Source: Spirochaetota bacterium | GTDB lineage: Bacteria; Spirochaetota; Brachyspiria; Brachyspirales; JACRPF01 | Length of the DNA stretch: 64,000 nucleotides | Assembly (NCBI GenBank): GCA_016214035.1 | Contig: JACRPF010000004.1 | Span: forward strand, 144,322 to 208,321 | Reading direction: 5' to 3' | Shown here: one piece after another, positions 16,671-25,175 of the stretch | Numbering within the stretch: position 1 is the first letter of the stretch | Layout: every line of letters starts with the position of its first letter | Notes under the pieces: model-generated | Seen by the model: only the letters and a program-made list of their open reading frames with translations | Databases searched by the model: none | What the model was told of the DNA's origin: nothing | Made by a program: the position numbers and the translations under genes

Positions 16671-18821
16671 ATGCAGGAAATAATCGAAACATACAACCGC
16701 TCGCGTTCGTACCATGAGCTTGAGCACCGGCTGAAGGAGCTTGCAGCAGACGGCGGATACACCGTGGTAAAATCGCTTGCGGTATTGTACCGGCTGGTGC
16801 ATTTCAAAGAGGAACGTATCCTTATCCTGAAAACGCTTATCGACTGTCAGAAGGAAAAGGCGCTGCTTGAAACACTCGTCGAGTTCTCGTTCACCGACGA
16901 TACCGATGCGCTCCTGATCATTCTTAAAGGGTTCTACCGTTTTCATGATAATATGTTTCACCCGCGCACCATCGAGATACTGCACACGACAAAAAGCACC
17001 GACATCAAAATTCACTGCATCCGCATCCTCGGACGTATCGGACGAAAGGACATACTCCCGGTCTTCGATGCGCTCTTTGACAGCGAATCCGTGCCGGTAT
17101 GCTACGAACTTCTCCATGCGATGCTGCTCATCGGCGAACATGTCAGCGCCACCGCGCTTGAAAAACGCATCATCGGGCATAAGCGCGGCAATCTGTTTCT
17201 CAAGGACAAACGCATCCTTGAAACGTTCATCCTCGCGGTGTTCCATCTCGGCGGACGGGAACGGCGCGCGGTACTCGACCGTTACCGGTTCTACCCCGAA
17301 AAAAAAATAGCGCTCCTTGCCGGCAATTACCGGACGCTTATTGATATTGAAAAGGAATTGTTCAGCTCGGACAAACGCGCAAAAAAGTACATCGATTCGA
17401 TGTTCGAACTGCTCATCAAGGGGAATGCGGTACCTCGCGAAGACGATGCGGATGACGGGCAGACGAAAACCGAATCCTCGGCGGCAGCGGCAGTACCGGC
17501 AACCGGTAATGAATGGGATATCAGCGCCGCAATCTTCTGCAAACGCAACCGCGACCGCCTCAAGGACGATCTCATCGCCTACATCAAGGCGCATGTGTTT
17601 CAGTTCGAAAAATACGACGCGTCGATACGCTTTTTCGTCGAGAATATCGCCCGGCTGGATATCGACTACATCAATGAACTCCTTTGGGATGTGTATTTGA
17701 GCGAGGAGAACAAGTATCTGCTCGCCGCGGTGCTCGATAACGTGACCGGCAGCGACACCGCCTTCATAGAAAAGGTGACCGCGCGTCTTATGAGCACCAT
17801 GGGCACCATCGACGCCAAGATGATCTATCAGCGCATACCGTTCACGATGATACGCCTGAAAAAGGAACAGGCGGTCGTCAATCTGCTCACGCTCGCATCA
17901 CAGCATCTGCCGCCCGAGAAGGAAGAGGTGGTCTTCCGCTGTCTCCATGATGCGCTCGTGCTCAAGGATTATTATCAGCATCTTCCCGAAGGTCATGCGG
18001 GTGCCGTCAACGATTTTTTCGATACGGTGGCGGCAGGCTCCTTCTCGGTACGCGCCAAGGAAATAACCGCGTCGATCATCGCGAAGCTCGGACTTGACGC
18101 GTATGAACAATTCATCCTCGCCGAGTTCAGACGCGATCGTTTCAATCCGGCGTTCGTCAACGCCATGCTCGATCTGCATACACCGGCCATCGACGTCGAA
18201 TTAAGTTCGCTCTTTTTCGACCCGGCGATAATCGACCACGCGGACAGCTATTACCTGAACCTCGTGCTTGAGCATTTCTCGTCGCATCGCCATGAGACGC
18301 CGCCAATCCCGCCCGAAACGGTATCGCGCATGCTCGGTTTGCCCCAGTTCGCGCCGGCCTGCATCAGCTATATCGGCACGTATCAGCTTACGGGCATGAA
18401 GGAGAGCCTTGCATCCATGCTTGCCGATGAACTTCCCTACCTTACGCACCTTCGCATCATCGAGACGCTCGGCATGTTCCGCGACGCCGCACTCCTCCCG
18501 GTATTCGCGCGGGAACTGTACACAAACGATTTTCTCACGATAATCACCTCGGCGCGTGCGGTGAACGCGCTGTCATCGACGGCCGGTTTCTCCGAACTCC
18601 TGTCGTACTGCACACGCACGGACGTGAGCGATGACATAAAGGTCCGCATTCTCACCGACGTCAACGTCTCATTCGACAACGCGCTTGAGACCATCGGCAG
18701 GATAATCGAGATCAGCGAATTCGCAAAATCGCCTGAACTCCATGCGATACTCATCGACCTGCGTCTGCGCATCGACATTGACGACCGGCTTGCACATCTG
18801 AAACGCGAGCGCGGCATATAG
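16671..18821 (+). CDS. HEAT-repeat-like protein, 716 aa, function unknown
   Basis: ORF track. Repeated helical units resembling PBS-lyase/HEAT repeats (CIRILGRIGRKDILPVFDALFDSES; IIETLGMFRDAALLPVFAREL). No catalytic motif recognised. Confidence 0.6.
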   Translation: MQEIIETYNRSRSYHELEHRLKELAADGGYTVVKSLAVLYRLVHFKEERILILKTLIDCQKEKALLETLVEFSFTDDTDALLIILKGFYRFHDNMFHPRTIEILHTTKSTDIKIHCIRILGRIGRKDILPVFDALFDSESVPVCYELLHAMLLIGEHVSATALEKRIIGHKRGNLFLKDKRILETFILAVFHLGGRERRAVLDRYRFYPEKKIALLAGNYRTLIDIEKELFSSDKRAKKYIDSMFELLIKGNAVPREDDADDGQTKTESSAAAAVPATGNEWDISAAIFCKRNRDRLKDDLIAYIKAHVFQFEKYDASIRFFVENIARLDIDYINELLWDVYLSEENKYLLAAVLDNVTGSDTAFIEKVTARLMSTMGTIDAKMIYQRIPFTMIRLKKEQAVVNLLTLASQHLPPEKEEVVFRCLHDALVLKDYYQHLPEGHAGAVNDFFDTVAAGSFSVRAKEITASIIAKLGLDAYEQFILAEFRRDRFNPAFVNAMLDLHTPAIDVELSSLFFDPAIIDHADSYYLNLVLEHFSSHRHETPPIPPETVSRMLGLPQFAPACISYIGTYQLTGMKESLASMLADELPYLTHLRIIETLGMFRDAALLPVFARELYTNDFLTIITSARAVNALSSTAGFSELLSYCTRTDVSDDIKVRILTDVNVSFDNALETIGRIIEISEFAKSPELHAILIDLRLRIDIDDRLAHLKRERGI

Positions 18822-18831
18822 TGCACGTCCC

Positions 18832-19575
18832 ATGCCTACGATAAAACTCATCATCGAATATGACGGTACGCGATATGCCGGCTGGCAGCTGCAGGACAAT
18901 GCATGCACGATACAGGGCGTGATGGAGACGGTGCTCGCGCGCATTTATAAAAAACCGGTACGGCTTACCGCGAGCGGCAGAACTGACTCGGGTGTGCACG
19001 CGCTTCACCAAGCCGCACATTACATCGTGGATGACGTAACGGTACCCATCGAACGTCTCCCTGCCGCGCTCAATTATCATCTGCCGATAGATATCCGTGT
19101 AACGGATGCGGCAATTGTCCCCGACAGTTTTCACGCACGATTCAGCGCACGGCAGCGCAAATATGTGTACGTCATGCGTAACGCCAGATATAACTCAGCG
19201 TTCTACAGGAATTTCACCTGGTTCTATCCCACCCGTGAGCCGCTCGACATCAAGAGGCTTAACGCGTATGCGGAATACGTTGTCGGCACGCATAATTTCA
19301 GGGCGTTCTGCGCCATCACCGACATGAACCGGAGCAAGATTCGCACCGTGACACGATCATCGTTCACCCGTCGCGGAGAATTCGTATACTTCTTCATATC
19401 CGCCGATGCGTTCCTTCACAATATGGTACGCATCACTCTCGGCACTATCCTTGACCTCTACAGACGCAACGCCTCGCCCGACGCAATGCTTGAGCTCATC
19501 ATCTCCGAGAACAGGAAGAACGCAGGCACAACGGCGCCGGCGCACGGACTATTTTTAAAAGATGTGATATACTAG
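18832..19575 (+). CDS. truA: tRNA pseudouridine(38-40) synthase
   Basis: YDGTRYAGWQ.Q, catalytic GRTDSGVHA, and a typical length. Confidence 0.92.
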   Translation: MPTIKLIIEYDGTRYAGWQLQDNACTIQGVMETVLARIYKKPVRLTASGRTDSGVHALHQAAHYIVDDVTVPIERLPAALNYHLPIDIRVTDAAIVPDSFHARFSARQRKYVYVMRNARYNSAFYRNFTWFYPTREPLDIKRLNAYAEYVVGTHNFRAFCAITDMNRSKIRTVTRSSFTRRGEFVYFFISADAFLHNMVRITLGTILDLYRRNASPDAMLELIISENRKNAGTTAPAHGLFLKDVIY

Positions 19576-19599
19576 CGCGGAGTATTAAAGAGCACACCC

Positions 19600-20883
19600 A
19601 TGGCAAAACCAAAGCACAGCACCTACGATATCGCGGTCATCGGAGCGGGTCCGGCCGGGCTTGCTGCTGCAAAAGCGACCGCACAGCGCGGCCTGCGCAC
19701 ACTCGTGATCGAGAAAAACCGCATCGGCGTTACCGGAAAAACATGGCTCTCCTTTGACGAGGCGATTGAAGCGCACGGGCTCTCCGGGGTTGAGCGCGGA
19801 CGATTCTCATCGGTGGTTTTCTCAAGCTACCTCGGCAACGTTCACCGCTGCACAACGAAATTCCTGTGCCCGCTCGATGAGAAAAAAGCGCTTCTCGCCC
19901 TCGCCGAACAGGCGCGTAACGCCGGTGCGACGATATGCGACCGTGAAGCTTTCTTCAATTATCGCGAAGAAAACGGCGGCGTTACAATCGTCACTGAAAA
20001 ATCCACCTATCATGCGCGTCTGGCTGTCGACTCAATGGGGAGCACTTCAGCCATACTGCCGAGCAACGGGCTGAGCAACACCCATCTCGACATGGGCTGT
20101 CTGTCGCTCTTCCTCACGAACGCGTCCGGATACGAGGAAGATACATGCCTGCTCTACGACTCGTACTTTCCCGGGCGTGATTATTTCTGGATAGTACCGA
20201 TGGGCTCGCGTACCGTGATGGCGGGAATTTTCTTCTTTTCAACGCTGAACCATTCCAACCTCGACGAAAAACTCGCAAAGCTCATGTCGTATATCAAGGC
20301 GCGGAAACTGAAAGGCCTCGTAACCGAACGCCGCATGGGGAATATCCCTCTCGGCGGCCAGAAACATATGGCGGCATTCCCGTTCATCTCGTTCGGTGAC
20401 AGCGCGAACACAGCACTGCCGTCGTCGGGATTCTCGTTCTCCCGCTGCCTGCACGAATCGCGGACACTCGCCTCGTTCTGCGCACAGTTCCTTGACGGCA
20501 AAAAAGCGATGCGCGATTACAAAACCATGATGCTCGCCGAAAAGATCCCCGGCATCGAAGTCCATCTGATAATATCCGACATGCTGTCGAAATTCACGGA
20601 TCAGATGCTTAACAAGGGCATCGGCGGCATGGGCGTATTCGGCGACGAGTTTATCATCGATTTTCTGAGCGGCCGCGATATGAGTCTGCAGTTCTGCGTC
20701 AAGGCGCTGAAAGCGATACTGAAGACATTCACGATCAGCGAAGTGCGCGACCTGTCGCTCAAGCAGGAATATATGAAACACCTCGCAAGCATTTACAATC
20801 TTTTGGGCGCCGTCCCTGAGGCGCATCTTGGCAAACAGATCATGCAGACACTTCAATATCTGCAAATACACGAAAAAAAATAA
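19600..20883 (+). CDS. FAD-dependent oxidoreductase (geranylgeranyl-reductase / lycopene-cyclase-like)
   Basis: N-terminal Rossmann motif YDIAVIGAGPAGLAAAKATAQRGLRTLVIEK. Confidence 0.65.
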   Translation: MAKPKHSTYDIAVIGAGPAGLAAAKATAQRGLRTLVIEKNRIGVTGKTWLSFDEAIEAHGLSGVERGRFSSVVFSSYLGNVHRCTTKFLCPLDEKKALLALAEQARNAGATICDREAFFNYREENGGVTIVTEKSTYHARLAVDSMGSTSAILPSNGLSNTHLDMGCLSLFLTNASGYEEDTCLLYDSYFPGRDYFWIVPMGSRTVMAGIFFFSTLNHSNLDEKLAKLMSYIKARKLKGLVTERRMGNIPLGGQKHMAAFPFISFGDSANTALPSSGFSFSRCLHESRTLASFCAQFLDGKKAMRDYKTMMLAEKIPGIEVHLIISDMLSKFTDQMLNKGIGGMGVFGDEFIIDFLSGRDMSLQFCVKALKAILKTFTISEVRDLSLKQEYMKHLASIYNLLGAVPEAHLGKQIMQTLQYLQIHEKK

Positions 20884-20941
20884 CCGGATCGCAGTCGAAT
20901 CCGCATTTGCAAATTCGTATTTTTTATAGTACTGTATCCGT

Positions 20942-21934
20942 ATGCACAGGGACACTCTGCATCTATCTGCCGGAACCATATTCGCGGCGCTGATTATCAT
21001 CGGCTGCGGGTATCGGGAGCAGCCCCGTTCAAATCCATTTGACCCGGACAGTACAGACTACACTCCGGCGGCATACTGGGAACATATCAGCAATTACAAC
21101 AGCAGTTACTTCAACAGCAGGTGCGGACAGTCCGTCATCGCTTTCAATGGAAAGATGTGGCAGATCGGCGGATATGACGGCAGTAACTATATGAATAACA
21201 GTGCATATACCTCTGACGGGAGATCGTGGGACGGCAGCGCCGGTATTCCGGGACCTTCGCGGGCGGGCCACCGCGCACTCGTGTTCGGCGGAAAGCTCTA
21301 TGTCATCGGCGGGTATTCCGGAAGTTCATATCTGAACGATGTCGTCGCAACCGAAGGAACTTCATGGTATACCGTGGCAAGCAACACCGCCTTCACACCG
21401 CGTGCTTTTTTCGGCGCCACGGTTTTTAACGGCAGGATGTGGGTCATCGGAGGACACTCCAGCAATGCACCGTATTACTACAATGAACTGTGGTATTCAT
21501 CAAACGGCACAACATGGACGAATACGACCCCGGGGCCGTTTTCCGGACGCGAAGGCTGCGAGGTATTTGTTTTTAACAACAGGCTCTGGCTTATCGGCGG
21601 TTTTGACGGCACCGCACGCCTGAACGATATATGGTCTTCGTCGGACGGTTTCAGCTGGCAGGCGCAGGGCTTCGCGCCGTTCACGGGCAGAACACATTTT
21701 ACCGCAACGGTTTTCAACAAACATATCGTCATCATCGGCGGAGAGTCAATGCCGGGCGTTAAACTCGCCGATATCTGGTACTCTGCGGACGGCGCCATGT
21801 GGCAGCAGGTTAACACACCGGCCGGACCGGCGGCACGCAGCGATCACGCGGCGACGGTGTATAAGAACAAATTATGGCTTTTCGGCGGATCCAACAGCTC
21901 AGTTCTTGCCAGCGACAACTGGTTTGCATACTGA
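20942..21934 (+). CDS. Kelch-repeat lipoprotein
   Basis: Lipobox IIIGC|GYR. Six repeats of the form ..[VIL]IGG[YFHE]....[LY].[ND].[WVA].S.DG..W. Confidence 0.8.
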   Translation: MHRDTLHLSAGTIFAALIIIGCGYREQPRSNPFDPDSTDYTPAAYWEHISNYNSSYFNSRCGQSVIAFNGKMWQIGGYDGSNYMNNSAYTSDGRSWDGSAGIPGPSRAGHRALVFGGKLYVIGGYSGSSYLNDVVATEGTSWYTVASNTAFTPRAFFGATVFNGRMWVIGGHSSNAPYYYNELWYSSNGTTWTNTTPGPFSGREGCEVFVFNNRLWLIGGFDGTARLNDIWSSSDGFSWQAQGFAPFTGRTHFTATVFNKHIVIIGGESMPGVKLADIWYSADGAMWQQVNTPAGPAARSDHAATVYKNKLWLFGGSNSSVLASDNWFAY

Positions 21935-22101
21935 CCCTCACAATCATCGAAAAAACGCATCCATCTGCCGTATCGACAGATAAATTCAGCTAATATTACC
22001 TCATTATTATGCCGAAAATTATGTTAAGGTGCACCCGGCTGTTTTTCGAAGAAATTCAGGTTATTTCACCCGCGGGCAGCACCGGCAGTTAGCATAATGA
22101 G

Positions 22102-24057
22102 ATGAACATGCACGGTAACAAAATATACTTTAGCATATGCGTACTCTTCTGCGCATTCCTGACTGCGGTATTCGCACCCGCTGTGAATGGTGCCTGGATA
22201 GAAGAAGAGGATGAGCAGGAGACCAAGAAGGTTATACTGAAAAAAAAGAACCCCGCCGTGACAACGACACGCGAAACAAATGTCACCCCCCCGGAGATGC
22301 TGCCGCCGCCGAAAACAAATATCATGTCCACCGGATCATATATCACCCTGCTTTCGACCGAACGCAGGGGTACCAATGTCATCGTCACCTGGATCGATCT
22401 GCCGCGTACCGGCGTCACCTATAAAGTATACCGGAGCGATTCGGCAATAGCCACGTTAAGCGCCTTCGACAACGCACGGTTTCTCGGCAGCGTCGGAGAC
22501 GGCATCAGCAGTTTTGTCGATACCCCCCCGCCCCCGGGACCGTATTACTATGCGGTCACCGCCACTGTGAACAATGTGGAACAGCGCGTTCTCGTCATCG
22601 ACCAGTCATACACGTCGCTTCCCGTCAGCCTGAAGCCCGACGGCCCTGATGAAGATACGCTCTTCGTGAAAAACATCAAATCTTTCTATGAACCCAATAC
22701 GCGCTCGGTCATCGTACTCTGGGATGTACTCACCGAACCGGGCAGGTATCATCTCTACCGTGCCGAGACGCCGATAATCGACTCGACAGCGCTCGTGAAC
22801 TGCGAAACCCTTGATGATGTTCCGTCAGACCAGTCGTTCTTCGTGGACCGCAACATCGATATGCGCCGGTCGTATTACTACGCCGCACTTTTTGCGCGTA
22901 ACGACCGTGAGATCAGGGTGTTCTCAGCGAACAACAATTATACCACCATGCCCGCATCAATCACTCCGCGAAAAACGCTTGCCGTGACAGCCCCCGCCGC
23001 CCCGGAAATAGCATCGAACACAAATACCCCGCCGCCGGTTGTCACCAATGTAGTAGTGGTAACGAACACCAACACCGCGCCTACGAATGAGATGAAACAG
23101 GCTGAAGTCAAGCTTCCGCCGAAGATTTACACCGTGACCAATATTGCGTCAAAACTGCTTGCAGGCAATGCCGCCATCGAGATATCCTGGGAAATGCCGG
23201 CAGACATACGCGGGCCTTTCATGCTGCTCCTCTACCGGGCGAAAGTGGAACTTTCCTCTCCGCTCCTGCTCGGCGACTTCCTCTATAAGTCAATAAGTCC
23301 CTATGAAAACATATCGGGCACACGGCGATATTCGTTCATTGATATCGATGTTGTACGTGAAACACCCTATTACTATGCGGTCATCGTAGCTAACGGCACA
23401 TCATCAATGGATCACCCCATGATGCCCCAAGTAAATTACTCAACCAACGCCGTGATTGTGCCGAAAATACCAATAACGACCAATATTGTTGTGGAAACAA
23501 ACTATGTCATGGCGACAAATATGAGCACGAACTATTATTCGAACGTACAGGCGATAACCCTGACCAACGTGGTGAATGAAACGGTGACCAACAATGTCAC
23601 CAACAATATAACCAATGTGTTCACCAATTTCGTGACCAATGTAGTCACCGAGGTATTCACCAACATTGTGACGAATTATGCCACGGTTCCGGCCGGGTCG
23701 ACCAACATCGTACCTGTTGCGCCAATGGTTGTCGCACCGCCCGTGACCATCGACGGGGACATCGATCTTTTTGTGAAGAACACGATTACCGGCAGGTTTT
23801 ATAAAGGGCTGTACCGTGAAGCGGCTGCCGAACTGTCATTGGCGCTTGAACGGCGGGACACCATGGGAACGAACACACCCTATCGCGCGTATCTGTTTCT
23901 CGCCCGCTGTTATCTCGAGCTTAAGGATTACCGGCAGTCGCTTGCAACATTCGTCATGCTGCGCAAAGTCGTTCCCGATTACCCGCAGGATGAAGTTGAT
24001 TTCTGGCAGGAGAAGGTCATCGCAGGGATACGTTCCGTGAAGGAGTTACGGCAATGA
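22102..24057 (+). CDS. Secreted protein: three FN3-like modules, N/T/V-rich repeat region, C-terminal TPR
   Basis: Signal peptide ..APAVNG|A. Three modules share the pattern W....G.Y.[VL]YR....YYYA[VA]. A tetrapeptide repeat block follows, then TPR-like helices (YRAYLFLARCYLELKDYRQSL). Confidence 0.75.
   Translation: MNMHGNKIYFSICVLFCAFLTAVFAPAVNGAWIEEEDEQETKKVILKKKNPAVTTTRETNVTPPEMLPPPKTNIMSTGSYITLLSTERRGTNVIVTWIDLPRTGVTYKVYRSDSAIATLSAFDNARFLGSVGDGISSFVDTPPPPGPYYYAVTATVNNVEQRVLVIDQSYTSLPVSLKPDGPDEDTLFVKNIKSFYEPNTRSVIVLWDVLTEPGRYHLYRAETPIIDSTALVNCETLDDVPSDQSFFVDRNIDMRRSYYYAALFARNDREIRVFSANNNYTTMPASITPRKTLAVTAPAAPEIASNTNTPPPVVTNVVVVTNTNTAPTNEMKQAEVKLPPKIYTVTNIASKLLAGNAAIEISWEMPADIRGPFMLLLYRAKVELSSPLLLGDFLYKSISPYENISGTRRYSFIDIDVVRETPYYYAVIVANGTSSMDHPMMPQVNYSTNAVIVPKIPITTNIVVETNYVMATNMSTNYYSNVQAITLTNVVNETVTNNVTNNITNVFTNFVTNVVTEVFTNIVTNYATVPAGSTNIVPVAPMVVAPPVTIDGDIDLFVKNTITGRFYKGLYREAAAELSLALERRDTMGTNTPYRAYLFLARCYLELKDYRQSLATFVMLRKVVPDYPQDEVDFWQEKVIAGIRSVKELRQ
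23563..23679 (+). repeat. In-frame 12-nt (tetrapeptide) tandem repeat [VIF]-T-[NE]-x, about 8-9 units
   Basis: Translation reads LTNVVNETVTNNVTNNITNVFTNFVTNVVTEVFTNIVTNY. The DNA shows gtSaccaaYaaY-like units. A shorter related run, VVTNVVVVTNTNTAPTNE, lies near 23040..23095. Confidence 0.8.
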
Positions 24058-25106
24058 AAATTTACATCGCTATATTCACCACGCTGCTCACGCTCGGCGT
24101 GTTCGCCGGCGCCGGGTATCTCGCGTATACCAATACGGGACTGAATCAGGACCGTTCGTATTACCGCGGCATCAAGGAATACGAGATAGGCCATTTCCAG
24201 GAATCCATCAACTATTTCAACGAATTCCTGTCGCTGAACCGCAACAATAAAAAAAGTCAGGATTCGAAATTCCGCATCGCCCTCGCGCTCAAGCTCATGG
24301 GCGACACCGAGAACGCGAAACGCAAACTGGTGGAAATCATCAACGAGCGGTACGGCGACGACGAGATAGCCCGCGCGGTAATCGAATATGCCGACATCTG
24401 CCGCATGGCAAACATGTACGACTACTACATCATCGGGCAGATAGAGCTCATGCTCAAAAAGTTCCCCGCCGGCTCCGCGAACGAGAACAATCTTAACACG
24501 CAGTTCGGTTACCAGCAGTTCTTCCTCAAGCAGTATGACGCCGCGCTGCATCACTTCATGAATTCGAGCACCGACCTCGCCATGCTCGGCAAGGCGCGCG
24601 TCTATCAGCAGATGGGTGAATTCGACAAGGCGCTCGCCGTATATGAGGAGTTTCTCACCTACAAGCGCGGCACACCGTATTATCAGGAAACGCGCAACAG
24701 TTATAAACTGATGACATTCCGCGAAGGGATGGCGCAATATAAAAAGAAACAATACACGCAGGCACTCGCCTATTTCGACCGGATTCAGAAATTCTTCGCC
24801 AATACCGATGACGCCGAGCAGGCGCTATATTTTGCCGGCGAATCATGCTACGAGATGGAGCAGTATGAACCGGCACTGAAATATTACGCCGCCGTCATCG
24901 ACAATGACGTTGAACTGCGCGATGCGGAGGCGCTCCTCAAAGTGGGCCTCTGCTACTACTGGCTCAAGAATTATCCCGCCTCGTTCAACGCGATGGATAA
25001 ATTCCTCAGGGAATATCCGTCAAGCGCTTTCGCCGCTCGTGCGCAGAAATGGAAAGAAATGGCGAAAAAAGAGATCGAATATATGGGCGGGGCGGCAAAA
25101 GAATAA
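24054..25106 (+). CDS. Membrane-anchored TPR protein (YbgF/CpoB-like repeats)
   Basis: 4-nt overlap with the upstream gene. N-terminal TM, then multiple TPR-like units (..YTQALAYFDRI.., ..YEPALKYYAAVI.., ..YPASFNAMDKFLREYP). Confidence 0.7.
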   Translation: MKIYIAIFTTLLTLGVFAGAGYLAYTNTGLNQDRSYYRGIKEYEIGHFQESINYFNEFLSLNRNNKKSQDSKFRIALALKLMGDTENAKRKLVEIINERYGDDEIARAVIEYADICRMANMYDYYIIGQIELMLKKFPAGSANENNLNTQFGYQQFFLKQYDAALHHFMNSSTDLAMLGKARVYQQMGEFDKALAVYEEFLTYKRGTPYYQETRNSYKLMTFREGMAQYKKKQYTQALAYFDRIQKFFANTDDAEQALYFAGESCYEMEQYEPALKYYAAVIDNDVELRDAEALLKVGLCYYWLKNYPASFNAMDKFLREYPSSAFAARAQKWKEMAKKEIEYMGGAAKE

Positions 25107-25126
25107 TAGCAAAGCACGCATCTTCC

Positions 25127-25155
25127 TTGCAAGATACGCCTCTTTGATATAGTAT
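25127..25155 (+). promoter_or_regulatory. Possible sigma-70-type promoter (TTGCAA-17-TAGTAT)
   Basis: TTGCAA 25127..25132, a 17-nt spacer, TAGTAT 25150..25155, about 20 nt before the ATG at 25176. Confidence 0.4.
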
Positions 25156-25175
25156 ACAATAAAAGAGAGTGTATT

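Noticed and set aside
23470-23700. Short periodic DNA repeats, considered as a possible CRISPR-like or other non-coding array.
   Set aside because: The period is 12 nt with no spacers. The repeats are in frame within a long ORF with a signal peptide and flanking domains, so they are a coding tetrapeptide repeat.
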